The notes under the pieces were generated by a model, which made no database searches, was not told the origin of the DNA, and saw nothing but the letters and a program-made list of their open reading frames with translations. Below are positions 13,040 through 25,400 of a stretch of DNA of 64,000 nt, piece after piece (the stretch's first letter is position 1; each line of letters opens with the position of its first letter). Source of the DNA: Lama glama (taxonomy: Eukaryota). The translations under genes and the position numbers were made by a program. Where the stretch lies: the NCBI GenBank assembly GCA_028534125.1, contig CM052816.1, positions 1,488,001 to 1,552,000 of the forward strand, in the 5' to 3' direction.

Positions 13040-13600
13040 CACTAAAGGGTCTTCACAGTCACTTTTTGCTTGCTTTGAGGTACCACCCTGTACAGTACAC
13101 AAATAGCCAATGTTACCCCCATTTCACAGATGTGAAAACTGAGGCTCAGAGCCCTAAGTGATTTTCCAGAGTTACTCTGCTACCAAATGTCAGAATCAGG
13201 AGTCAAGCTCAAGTCTTTTGAGGTCGTAATTCAGGGCTCACTGCAATTTCCACACTGTCTATTGACAATGAATGAATTGTTGCTGGATTCTTCCTCCATC
13301 TCAGGTACCTGGACACAGCCTATCACCAAGGATGACTTGGATTCAGACTACTGCTATGATTTCCCCAGCTCTAGCCTCAGCTAAGCTCTCATGATAATAA
13401 CAATGTTAGTTATTGCATACTGAGACTTACTCTACTAAGATCTTCCCTTGTATTAATTAACTCATTTAATTCTCCCAGCCACCCTATGAGATGATAATAT
13501 TATGATCACCATCTTATCACAGATGATAAAACAGAGGCTCCAAGTGCAGAAGTTGTCCAAGATCAAACAACAGCTTGCTTGATAGGCAGGATTTGAATGT
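13040..13600 (-). mobile_element. Two MIR fragments (about 13040-13225 and 13395-13600)
   Basis: Reverse MIR cores ccccatttcacagatgtgaaaactgaggctcagag and catcttatcacagatgataaaacagaggctc. Confidence 0.75.
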
Positions 13601-13689
13601 GAGGAGTTGCCCATGCCTCGATTTCTGCACTAGCTTTTCAGCTGGAATGTTCACCAAGGTCTGCTCTTCAACTCTTTGTAGCATGGGTC

Positions 13690-13950
13690 CCTGCCTTCCC
13701 TCCTCCTCCTTCTACCCTTCCCAGGAAGACCTCTCTTGAAAAGCATATTCCAGTGTAGCCCCCTTCTTTTTGCATTCCACAGCACTCAGAAATATCTATC
13801 ACACTTATATTGTAAATTGCTCATTTAATTTCTTGTTATTCTCATGATAGTGTGAGCTCCACAGAGGCAGGGGCTGATCACAGCTGTTGTCCCAACACAG
13901 TGATCAGCACAGGGCAGATGCTCGGTAACTGTTTGCTGAGTGAACATAGT
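13690..13950 (+). mobile_element. L2 3' end fragment
   Basis: gtgtgagctccacagaggcagggg...gatgctcggtaactgtttgctgagtgaa is the typical L2 terminus. Confidence 0.7.
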
Positions 13951-16164
13951 TCATTGCGTTTGATTTCTTCACCTAGAAGAATCACATATGGGGAGCATCC
14001 AGAACTACACCTGTATCCCTCGCAGCATATAAAATAGCTCTGGAACCAAGTAGATCATTTAAACATGCTGATATGAGACCATGTGTTCCCCTCAGTTATT
14101 CCTTCACTCAACAAGCTTTCATCGACATCCGACACAGGCACTGGCATGTAGTCCTCTGGGGTTCTTATCTCTGTCTAGGGCAAGGCAGGGTGAGGACCTT
14201 GCAATCACTGAACTTATCACCACCAGGATCCCGCTGGAGATTTCCAGCCAAGGAGGGCCTGGGCTAAGGAGATACTCTACCTCAGATGATATCTTGGCCA
14301 CACACAGCTCGATGTCCCGTGTAACCGTGGCTCCACTGGCCACAGCCCAAGTCTGGGCTCGTGTGTCAGGCAGGGGGCCCATGGGGAGCCAGAGCCTGTC
14401 TCGTGCCCAGCTTCCTGGCAGAAACCAGTGCTGATGAACTGCAGGAGGAATTTCTGCCTTTGAGTCACAAGCCAACTGACTGGCTGCTACAGATCAGCTA
14501 ACAGGCTAAGTCATTCCAGCCCCTTGTGTTTCATCCCAGAGCTGGCGCCACAGTGGGAGCTGGGCACATCTTCCTTGGAGGGCGGGGAGCGGCTGGAGGT
14601 AACAGCTGAGCTCAGGTGAAAGCTTGCTGGGTGGGGACGTCCAGGCTTGGGGGGGTGTGGCTAACTCTTCCATGTTCAGGCCATAGTCTCACGGTCCACC
14701 TCTTGGCTGTCTTCTAACAGCTGAGAGGCCATAGCTTCCTCAAAAGAAATTCCCCAAAGGGTGCCTTTGTGTAATCTGGATGAGCAGGGGCCATGGCGTG
14801 AGAAGATCCCTCTGGTTAATGAGCTGTGAAGGAGCTGACCTCTGGTCCGTCCTGCCTGGCAGGCAATAGTAGGAGAACTCGCTTTACCCACTGCCCACGA
14901 CCCTTTGCAAGAGTCCCGTTCTTGAGGCCTGCCATTCTTGTCTCCCCCAGACTAAATCCAACTGCATTCCCAGGGACGTGGAAGCATTTCTACCATGAAG
15001 GTCTCAGACAAGTGCCTTAAAGCAGTGCAGGGAGGAAGGAGGTGCTGGCTGTGACTGTGCCGATGAGGAAGCATCTTCTAGTGCAGGCTCTAGAGGCCCC
15101 ACCTCCTGCCCCTCAATCTTTTTAGTAGCCCCCAGAATCTCTTCAAGTCCCTTCTTTCCTCTGAGCCTCAGCCCCTCCCACAGGCTGAGTCCCAGTGATC
15201 AGAATCTTCTTGCAAATGACAGTTGGCTCAGGCTCAGGCAGGAAGTGAGGGCAGGTGGGGCATCAAAGTGACTTGTGAGGCAGGATGATTTATTGGAATA
15301 TTAATTTGTTTTTGAGCTTCCTCAATTTTCGTCTTCCTCCTCATTTCAAGCAGGGAGCTTGGCCCTGCTGGGCTTCTTGCTTCAGGGATTCTTGTCAGCA
15401 GCAGCCTACAGCCCACAGCCCATCTGTAACTTGTGAGCAGATATCGTTAGGTGTCCTTGGGGAGCTCAAGAGGAGGCAATGAGCAAGTCTCATCTGGTAC
15501 GGAAAGGGAAGAGAGGTCTCGGGCAGGGGCAGGCTGGGGTAGGGAGCAGGGGATGCATCTCCCAGGCAGCTTGTCAAAGAGTGGTGATTTCTGCTCTGTG
15601 TGGAGGTCCTTTGGGCCATGTGGACTGGTGCACCTCTCTATGGCAACTCCCTGAGGACACAGGAAACATTGTAGGGACAGCAGCTTGGAGCCTCCAGGAA
15701 GACAGGACCCTGGACCTGGGCACATGGATCACAGCCGAGTTCTGTGCCCTGTCCAGAGCATGGAGATCAAGTAGGGCTGCCAGGCTCCAAGGGTCACTGT
15801 AGGGGGTGGACATGATGATTTCAGTGGTTTCCATGATAGGCTGGAAGTTACAGACCATTTCTCTGTTTCCAGAGCATCACATGATTGTACTGTGTTCTTA
15901 TTCATGGCCGGGAGGGGTGGGGCATGCCAATAAAGATGTTACCTCTCCATCCCCAGTCTAGCAGATTGAGGGCTCAGAGTAGGAAGCAAACATTTTTTAA
16001 AATAAGGAGGGTGATATTTCTTTCAAACTTGGACTTGAGACATGCAATTTATTCTTGCCTTTTTGAGTCCGGGGTGCAGACTCACCCAGGGGAAGGAGGG
16101 TCTTTTCCTTTGACATGATTTCCTTTACAGCTGGCAAGCAGCCACTGTTCCTTTGGCATTTCCA

Positions 16165-16930
16165 TTTATTTTTTCATTCTATAAACATTAATTGAGGGTC
16201 TACTCTTTGTTAAGTACTGGGTTAAATGCGGAGGATATAATGATAAACAAAGTTGGCCTCTGCCACATCATGGACCTTACAAGTCTCATGGGAGAGACCC
16301 ATTTATTCATCAAACACTTCTCCAAATACTTATATATACATGCATATACCTGGATAAAGATGTAAAAAAAGATATTGCTGTAAGAGTGAGTAGTAATAGA
16401 TTTGATATAGTCTGAGGTGGGGTTGGAAGTGGAGGGGGTTCAGCAGAAACAAGTAGTGATGTTTGGGCTGAGCTTTCAAGACTAGATGAGGGGTGTGTGT
16501 GTGTGTGTGTGTGTGTGAATGCATGCGCAAATGTGAACATGCATACATATGTATGTTGCATGTGTGCACATGTATGTGCATGTATGGAGGCATTTCAGTG
16601 AAAGGGAAGAACATTCTAGAAGGTGCTGAGATAGAAGGAGGAGCCCGTTGTCGCTAAGGAATGGGAGAAGCCTGTGTGGCTGCCAGAGGTGAGGCCAGGG
16701 AAGGAGTGAGAAGCAAGGTCCCCTAAGGCCTTAGAGATCAGATAGGGCAGTTTGGCCTTTGTCTTAAGAGTAATGGGAGGCCACTGCAGGTTTGTAAGCC
16801 TAGAGGTAATAACACCTGATTTACATCCTAAAAAGATTATTCAAACTGCTGTGTTCAGCAAGGATGAAGAGAAGGCACGAGCCAGAGCAGGGAGACCAGG
16901 ACTTTACAAGGAGGTAGATCTCGCTGTAAT
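16165..16930 (-). mobile_element. L2 fragment containing a (TG)n microsatellite
   Basis: ttcattctataaacattaattgagggtctact... is the reverse L2 3' end, continuing to gtaatgggaggccactgcaggtttgtaagc. Confidence 0.7.
16493..16586. repeat. (TG)~12 microsatellite plus an alternating purine-pyrimidine tract
   Basis: gtgtgt... followed by gcatgcgca...catacatatgtatgttgcatgtgtgcacatgtatgtgcatgtatg. Confidence 0.9.
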
Positions 16931-17854
16931 CATGGGGAAGACGTCAAAATATTAGTAAGCAAAAAGCAAAACAAAAACAAGCTGCAGAAACATATGCATG
17001 ATTCCATTTGTCTTTTTAAAAAGAATATGCATATCCTTGCATATATATACTCTGCATCTATGTGTGTATATTTCACAGGATAGAAGTTTGTGCTGGCCTG
17101 GCTTGTTTCCAGCCCTTTGCTATTACTAACGCTGCATTGTAGAATGCAAAACATCCTGGACTTGGGGTCCACACGCTTCAGCTACTGCTCCTAATTCCTG
17201 CCTTTAGGCATGTCATTTAGCTCCCCTGAGCCTCAGTTTTCTCATCATAAAATGAGGGTTTTGGGCCCGATAAGCTGTAGACATGAATTCTTCCTGCTTC
17301 TGGATTCTCGTAACTCCAGGCAGAAAGAATGTTCCAGGAAGGGTAGCGGCACACATTATGCAGGCAAGTCGCGTACCCCAGCTCTGTTTCAACACTGCAG
17401 AGGTAGGGTGACATTCTGGAAGAGCAGCAGCAGGACTGCGGAGAGCGAGAACATCTCCCAGGGCAGCCTGACGGTGGGAGGAGTGGGCGGCTGCCTGCAC
17501 TGTGATTCCCCCCCTGCCTGGACCAAAATAGCCCCATCTCCTGGCCCGCTCCAGGAAGCTCCTTCCTGGTGAGCAGGAAATTCACTTACTCAGGACAGGT
17601 GCTAGATCTACATTAAGTTATTGCCCTCCAAGGTCCCATGAGCCCAGATGAAGTAATTACACCGGCAGAAATGAAAGAAGGGGACCAGAGGAAGGGAGGA
17701 CTCACGTACTAGCCAACCTTGAAAAGGGGAATGTTGGTGGCACTCCCCCTAATGATTGGGGGTGAGGGCGTGAGAAGCACTGGAGCAGGGTGGGAGCATG
17801 GTTTTCATAAGGCTGGACCTTGTAACACAAGTTTGCAGGATGCAAATAGGTGCT

Positions 17855-18068
17855 ATTCAAAATGGGGATTCAAGGGTCAAATAAGCTGGGGACACACAGG
17901 CTTAAAGAAGGCTGAGCAGGTTTTTCTACCATAGCACTTCTCAGAGCTCGTTAAGATGACTTCACTCTGCATCCTTGAGGAGAAGTAAAATGATACACAT
18001 GTCCCCACCTTTTTAAAAAGAGCACTTTGTGAGGGAGACCTTCCTCAAACCACACTACAGAAATAATA
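17855..18068. mobile_element. MER103C-like hAT-Charlie relic
   Basis: ggtcaaataagctggggacacacaggcttaaagaaggctgagcaggtttttctaccatagcacttctcagagc resembles the recalled MER103C consensus and the copy at about 30.7 kb. Confidence 0.55.
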
Positions 18069-18266
18069 GACTAGGCTGTAAGTCTGATGGTGGGGGAAGG
18101 GGGCTGGGGTCTTACCTCCACCCGAGCACCCGGTGCCTAACACACTGATGGGTCCATGCTGAGTACATACTGAGTTGATGATTATTCAACTAAGAACTTC
18201 CAAACTAAGTTTTCCTATTTCAAGATATGGCTAGGGACACATCTGGGTGTCTGCTAAATTCCCATA

Positions 18267-18639
18267 TACTGTGGACTGAATATCTGAATCCCCTCAAAAT
18301 TCATATATTGAAACCATAACCCCCACTGTGATGGTATTCAAAGGTGGGGATCTTTGGGAGGTGACATGGTCATAAGGGAGGGGGGCACCCTCATGGGTAG
18401 GATTAGCCCTCTTAACAGAAAGGACATGAGAGCATGTTCTCTGTTCTTTGTTCTCCATGTGAAGACACAATGGGAAAATGACCATCTGAAAACCAGGAAG
18501 CGGTCCCTCCCCAGACACGGGCTCTGCTGGCACCCTGATCTCAGACTTCCAGCCTCCAGAACTCTGAGAAATAAATTTCTGCTGTTTAAGTCATCCAATT
18601 TCTAGTAATTTGTAATAGCAGCCTGAACTGGCCAAGACA
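18267..18639 (+). mobile_element. MLT1A-type MaLR solo LTR
   Basis: Starts tactgtggactgaat, contains gacttccagcctccagaactctgagaaataaatttctg and ends gccaagaca. The 5-bp flanks ccata/ccatc match at 4 of 5. Confidence 0.9.
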
Positions 18640-18899
18640 CCATCCAACACTTCTTAGTTCTCACTGTATAGACTTCCTATTAACATTAGTAGAGTGACTA
18701 CAATTACCTCCCTCAGAAAAATTCCCTCATGAACTTTAAGAGCTTTATTCTTTCTTCCTTGAGAAAACCTCAATGTGCATCTATTGAAGGGAAAATTAGT
18801 AACTTACTACTAGGAGACCTGAGTAGCTCTACTTAGCTCTATGCTAACTAGCTAGTTACCAAAGTGTTAGGGTCTCAATTTCCTCGTGTATGAAGGCTG

Positions 18900-19228
18900 A
18901 GGATAAATTATGTATTAGTGACAATAAATTCCCCAATCCCAGTGACTTATAATAACAAGGGTCTATTTCTTGCTCATGTTTCATGCTGGTCATGGATCAG
19001 TTGCTTCACTGACCCAGTTACTGGGAACCTTCATTCTGGGCCCTGGGTGGAGGGGCAACCCTGGTGGGGCATGCTGAGTTATGCAATGGCTCTTAAAACT
19101 CCTGCTCGAACAGGATCTACTCCATATCTGCTCACATCCTCTTGTGCAAAGCACGCTATACGGCTATGCCTGACATTAACAGGGCAGGGAGGTATACTCC
19201 TTCCACGGGAGGGCACAGAAAGTCACAT
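18900..19228 (-). mobile_element. Old MaLR/ERVL-type LTR relic (MLT1K/L-like), interrupted by the adjacent L1
   Basis: cccaatcccagtgacttataataacaagggtctatttcttgctcatg is typical of reverse old MLT1 LTRs. Confidence 0.55.
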
Positions 19229-19965
19229 TACTATTGGTGGGAATGTAAATTGGTGCAGCCACTATGGAAAACAGTGTGGAGTTTCCTTTAAAAACCTAAA
19301 AATAGAAGTACCATATAACCCAGCAATTCTACTCCTGGGCATATATCTGGAAAAAAACAAAACCCCTAATTCAAAAAGATACATGCACCCCAATATTAAT
19401 AGCAGCACTATTTACAACAGCCAAGAAATGGAAGCAACCTAAGTGCCCATCAACAGACAGTTGGATTAAGAAGGTGTGGTATATATATAATTCCATTTTA
19501 TATATTATAATGGAATATTACTCAGCCATAAAAAAGAATGAAATAATGTCATTTGCAGCAACATAGATGGGCCTAGAGAAATTATGCTTAGTGAAATGTT
19601 AGAGAAATACAAATGATACAAATATGATATCACTTATGTGTTGAATCTGAAAAATACTACAAATGAATGCATATACAAAGCAGAAACAGACTCACAGATG
19701 TAGACAACAAACTTGTGGTTACCAAAGGGGAGAGGGAGGGACAAATTAAGGGTATGGGATTCACAGATACAAATTACTATATGTAAAATAGACAAGCAAC
19801 AAGGATATACTATATAGCACAAGGATATACTATATAGCACAAGGAATTATACACATTATTTTATAATAATTTATAAAGGAATATAATTTGCAAAAATACT
19901 GAATCATGCTGTATACCAGAAATTAACACAACATCATAAATCAACTATACTTCGATGAAAAAAAA
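19229..19965 (+). mobile_element. 5'-truncated LINE-1 (end of ORF2 plus 3' UTR and A tail)
   Basis: ggtgggaatgtaaattggtgcagccactatggaaaacag...tcaactatacttcgatgaaaaaaaa. Possible degenerate TSD agaaagtcacat/agatatcacat. Confidence 0.93.
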
Positions 19966-20249
19966 GATATCACATGACAAGGGTGAAGATGTCTGATCCT
20001 TTTACTGAGGATCCCTGGGAACTCTGATACAATCTGCCACAGATTAGATGACATTTAAGTTCCTTTAGTTCTAGTTTTAGTATTCCTAGTCTCTCTGAGA
20101 ATAAATCCAAGCTTTAGTACTCCTAATGTTTTCCTAGAACAGAAAACGTTGAAAAAACTGATTTTTAATGGAACTTAATGAAAAAGAGAGACAATAAGCC
20201 TCCACTTGTTGGCAGCAAAATTCTAGAATGTTTTTTTTTTTTTCCAAAG

Positions 20250-21760
20250 ACAGTCATGAGCAATTTGAATAGGGAGTGGTTGCTGACTTTCAGCCTGGTT
20301 CTCTAAAAACCATGCCACTTATATCGTGTTTGGTTTTCATGGGGTTGTAAGACTGATGGCTCTGGGGAATGACGTACACAGTGAGTCTGGGTTTCAGCAG
20401 CATTTTGGTAGCATCTCTTTTGGAGATGAGATGTGTGACTAGGATGGTTCATTTACATTTTTGATGAGGGAGCAACTGTATCTGACAAGTAAGAATGAAG
20501 AGGTTGAGGTTTGCCTCGGGGCTCTGTACTCAGGTTTGCCCCACTTCGTTCGTATTTTTAGCAGCATTTGGATGGAACCATGGTTCATCCCATCGATCCC
20601 TGACATGAGGCTGGGAAGGGTAATGAATGCATGGTGTGATGGAACTGGAATCCTCAAACAAATCATCATAGGTAAGAATCATGGGTAAAACCAGTAGAAA
20701 AAAGTTGAACAGAAGTAAATAGTAAGGTATGGTATTTAGAGTCCAAAAACCAATTACAAAAAAGAGTATTAGGGAAATGTGACTTGATAATTGTCCTTCT
20801 ATGGAAAGATGATAAACCCTGGAAGTTTGGTTAAGTTTAATAAGAGCAAATATAAAATGACTGCTAAAAATATGGTGAGGCTAATAATTGTAGATTTTAT
20901 TAATAGATGTATAGTGAAGTCAAATTGCAAGCCTATGGACTTGGATGGGGCAGCGGGATTAGAGAGTGGGGGTGGGTAGGGGAGAGAGAGAAACTTAAAT
21001 TGCACAGAGGCTTGGCTTGCCTTGCCTTTCAGGGAGCGTGTGTGCCCCAGGTTCTTTGCTCTATGTCTCCCTAAGTAAGGGTACCTCCCCGTGTTGAGTC
21101 TGATTCTGTTCCCTATAGACATACATTATAATACCGCATGTTAAAGGGCAGGCAGCCCCCTAAACGCAAGCAATCAATCATGTGATCAAGCAAAGAGCAA
21201 TGATCTGTTCTAATGCTGGCAGAAAACTGTGGGTGTTGGATTTCTTGAGGGGGACAATGCTGTTCTCCAAAGTGGCATCTCTTTTCAAAGGTAATAATTT
21301 AAGTGGCATTCTGTTTCTGCCTTGTGTGCTGGTTTTAGAGTCCACTTTCTATGTGAGCTACGACTCCAGTCTATAGGGTCAGGATGGATGGATGTGATGG
21401 TTCTGCTCTTATTTGAGAGGCCGGGGTTCACAAGGCGGGAGGTGAAAAGTCGTTAGAACCGTTGATGGAACCGGGATGTTTTGCCTACAGAATGAAAGCT
21501 TGAGAAGACAATGAAGTGTGTTCGGTTGTCTGAAGAGCTGCAATGTGCCTGGCTCTGTGCCCCTTCTGTACTGTGTGGGGTCAGAGTCAGAGATAGTCTG
21601 TGGAAGCTACACATGATGGAAGGGCAATTTTCTAGTAATTAGGCACAAAATGTGGAGTACCTCGCCTGCACAAGGTAGTGAGCTCCCTGTCCATTAGAGG
21701 AACCTAGTAGGAGCTGAATAACCATGCGTCTGAGATGTTGATAGGAGATTTTTGCTTTGC
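20250..21760 (+). mobile_element. Fragmented L3/CR1 LINE relic (best preserved at about 20500-20700 and 21390-21760)
   Basis: ggggctctgtactcagg...gacatgaggctgggaagggtaatgaat and aaggtagtgagctccctgtccattagagg...gagatgttgataggagattt resemble the CR1/L3 RT region and 3' end. Confidence 0.6.
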
Positions 21761-21769
21761 CAATAAGTT

Positions 21770-22255
21770 TCCCCCCTTCTTTTGGTTATTATATCTGATT
21801 TTCCTCTAAGAACTCCTGATAAGAACTCCACTCACACACAATACATATGTTTTGGGTGAAGTGATATTGATTTGCTTTCAGGGATGGGCCTGTGGGTTCA
21901 GGCCCAGCATCTCATCCTTCTGGCTACAGTGACTGGTGAGGGGTGGGCTTGTGACCCATCTATGGCCAAGGAGAACTACTGAGCAAAAAGACAGACATCT
22001 TTTCTATAGGGTTTGAAGCAGGAAGGATATAACTCAGGAGAGGGTAGCCCCCTTGACACCACTAAGAGCTTGAGGATGGAGAAATCATGAAAGGGAACAG
22101 AGTCAAGAGATGAAGAGGGACCAGGTCCCGATGACCGTCAAACCACGACTGAAGTAGCAATCCTGCAGGACCCATCAGTTATGTGAGCCAACACATCCCA
22201 TTGTGTAGGAAGACAGTTTGAGGAGGGTTTTCAGTAACTCACAAATAAGTGCCCT
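21770..22255 (+). mobile_element. Old MLT1-type LTR relic
   Basis: ctggctacagtgactggtgaggggtgggcttgtgaccca and cagttatgtgagccaacacatccc are MLT1K/L-like motifs. Confidence 0.55.
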
Positions 22256-22329
22256 TGGTGGTTACGGTACGTCCCGTGAGGTTACTGCTATGATTCTCCA
22301 TGTGGTGAGTTACAGCGTCATGCACCCAT

Positions 22330-23460
22330 CCATCTCTCAGATGTATCAGTGGAGGAGCTAAATGCCATCTGGCTATTGTGTGAACAGATCGTGGGAGTCA
22401 GGGCAGGAGGGGAAGCAGAGGGATGAGCTGACAGGCTTTTTGGTTGTTGTCCAGGAGAGGAATGAGGGTGTGGACTCTGGTGTCGGGTGGAGGTGGTGAA
22501 AAGTGGTCAGACTGGGGATATGTTCTGATGGTAGAGCTGACGGGACCTGCTGATAGACTAGGGGAAAAAGATGTGTGAAGAATGACAGGTTTTAGCCTGA
22601 GAACCTGGGGGAATGGGGTGCTGTTTAAGCCAGAAAGCACTGGGGGAGGAACAGATCTTTTTAAAAATGGGAGTCAGAGAGGGAAATCAAGACTTCTGCT
22701 TTTCGTATGAAGTTTGAAATGCCTGTAAGACGTTAGGAGTGAGAAGTTAGGTAACCAAGTGTGGGTTCAGGAAAATGCTGGGCAGAAGACACAGTCTGGG
22801 AGTTAGCATATGGATGGTATTTAGAGCCACAGACAGGACTGGAAGAGTTTATCATGAAGACAGAAGTTGGAGAGAAGAGGACTCAGGGCAGAGCCCCAGG
22901 TGTCCTCCAACACCAAGAGGTCAAGAGCAAATGGCAGTTAAAAGAAATAGAGATGGAGGTCCCAAGAGTTGATAGAAAAACCAGGAGAGAACGGGGCCCT
23001 AGAGGTCTAGTGAAGAGAAAGGAGGGGTGATCATCTGTGCCAAATGCTGCCGATGGTTCAAATAAGAATTGCAAGTCAGGGCTAAGGACTGGCAACTCCT
23101 TAGGCTGGTGACACCGAGGTGGCCAGGGACCCTGGGGGAGGTGTTTCTGTAGAGCAGAGGATGGGAAGGTGGCTGAAGAAGATGACAAAGACAATGCATG
23201 GGGAGGGACTGACGGCAGCAGGTAGAGAACTTTTTTCAGGAGGTTTGCTCTGGGAAGATAAAGGAAAGAGGGAGGCAGGTGTGGGTGCCAAGGTGACAGC
23301 ATGTATTACAGCAAGTCTGTGGGCGCAGAGAATGACCCCGTGAAGAAGGAAAGTTTGTTCACAATGGAGCGCACGGGGAGAAAGATGTCAGCAAAGTCCT
23401 GAGTAGGAGAGAAGCGTGCACGGACAGAGGTGTTGGCCTTGGTAGGATGATCAGTGAGGA
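22330..23460 (-). mobile_element. L2 LINE internal (RT-region) fragment
   Basis: ggaggtggtgaaaagtggtcagactggggatatgttctgatggtagagctgacgggacctgctgatagact is reverse L2. The minus ORF fragment GPVSSTIRTYPQSDHFSPPP is a typical L2 translation. Confidence 0.85.
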
Positions 23461-24589
23461 TCTGAGGTCTGTGGGCTGCCAGTTAAAGTCAGACCAGGCA
23501 GCCTTGTCTGTGTCTTCTTTTCTAACCACAGTGAGCTGCTTGTGGGGGCCGGGGAGTGTGCTTTATTCAGGGCTGGGGTTTTGCCAGGAGGTTAGGACAG
23601 AAAAGGAGTGCACTGAAGAGCTGAGGGTGTCTGCAGGGATCACAGGGAGGGCAAGGAGGGAAGTGAGGAGCCTCAGGTTTTGAGCCAGGCGTTACCCCAG
23701 CCCAATATGAACACAGCTCAGAGCTGTGTGAACTTCCTGAGGGGAGTCTCTGTACCTCTTTCTTCTGGCCCTGTTCCCTTCTTACACTAACTGCCCACCC
23801 TCCAGCCCAGATGGGGCAGATTCCCAGCGACAGCAGAAATACTAGCACTGGTTAAAGCTGCAAATCCCTGGGCCCTGTTGCCAACTTACTGAATCTAAAT
23901 TTTGGAGATGGGCCCAATATCTACCTATGAAGTAAGGGCCCCACTGCTCCTACCCTCAGCCAGTGTCTTTGGAGCATCAGTTTCCTTTTAAAAAGAACAT
24001 TCACTTAATTCTGTGCTCTAGGTCAGATTAGCTGCTTGGTTTGGGGAAACTGCAGGAATTTTTGATTTTCCACCATTCTTCCTCGCAGTCAGCACTGAAA
24101 CGTTCCCTTTTAAAAAAAAGTTTTGATTTCCCTTCCCTCTTGAAAAGCTACCACTGAGCACTGCCCTTCCAGTGGAAATTCCTCAAAGATGCTAATATTT
24201 GGCATCTGAAGGTTCCTGGGCTGTGCTGTGTTTGGTTAAGAAAGCAGAGCTTTGTGGACTCATGAATAAACTCGAAGGACATATTCTACTCTCCTTGAAA
24301 GTTTATTTCCCAACAGGAGAGCCATCTGTTTTTCCACCACCACCCTCAGCAACACAATATACGAAAGCTTGTTTGACCCTTCCTTTTGGCCATGAACACA
24401 TGACATTCGGTTTCAAAGAGGTATTCATTATACTCAGAAAGTTATCTTGCATAAGATGTCAGGATTTAAAATAAGAACTAGCAGGACACACGTTCAAATA
24501 GATTTGTTCATCTTATCCACGATTCAATGCCAGTTTCAGTGAGAATCATCATCTTTGTTCCACTGATAGTCTGGCTACCCTGGTCTGCT

Positions 24590-24990
24590 TTAAGTTTCTT
24601 TTTCAGAAAGGGCCCTTTCCTGCCCCAGAGCCTTTGCATATGACATCTCCTCTATTTGCAAATCTCTTCTCTCTGCCCCCACTTCACATGGCTGGTTCTT
24701 TTTCATTTTTCAGGCTTCTAGTTAAATACCACCTCCTCAGAGAGGCTTCCCTGTCTACTATGTCTACTGTAGGTCTTTTGGCCACTTCCATCTCCCCCAT
24801 TCCTTTTCTCAGCACTGTATTTGTTTCCTTTATTGCACTTGTTACAGTTTCTAATTATTATTTATTTACCTGATTATCATCTATATCTTCCAATAGATTA
24901 TAAGCAATATGAGGGCAGGAACTAGTCTGCTTAGTCCCCAGTGCCTGGCATATTATAGGTTCTCAACTTTTGGTTGACTAATTTGAGTAA
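24590..24990 (+). mobile_element. L2 3' end fragment
   Basis: cagagcctttgcata...cacctcctcagagaggcttccctg...tagattataagcaatatgagggcagg...ccccagtgcctggcata. Confidence 0.8.
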
Positions 24991-25044
24991 GCCCAACACA
25001 GAGAGTGATGTGATTAAAATACATTTTGGTTCATATTCCTTCTG

Positions 25045-25400
25045 CATCAGTTAGGATTAAGTTCAGCAGCAGGTGATAGAAAACTAGAAATAACAGGGGC
25101 TTGAACAAGACAGGACTTTATTTCCTTCTCTGTGTGGTAGTTCCATGGCAATCAGGGACTCAGTTTCCTTGCAGCATTTAGCTGTTAGGCTATGGGTTTG
25201 GCTATTGTACTCAAGGTCCAAGATGACAGCTAGAGCTCCAGCCATCACATCCATATTCTAGGGAGTTTACAGGGAGAGGGGAAACATATGATGGAAAAAA
25301 GAGCCCATGCCAGTTGTCTCTCAGGAAGGTTTTCTAGAAGCTGCCACCACAACATTTTTGCTTTCATTTCACTGGCCAGCCCTTTGTTACGTGGTCATAT
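25045..25400 (-). mobile_element. Old MLT1J-like LTR relic
   Basis: gcatcagttaggattaagttcagcagc...aagatgacagctagagctccagccatcacatcc...cactggccagccctttgttacgtggtca. Confidence 0.6.

Noticed and set aside
18918..19442. 174-aa ORF fusing LTR and L1 sequence
   Set aside because: Chance read-through across the MLT/L1 junction with a non-ATG start; the L1 part changes register.
20570..20680. Exon-like segment ending in ATAG|GTAAGA
   Set aside because: It lies inside an L3/CR1 relic with no convincing acceptor or recognisable coding frame.
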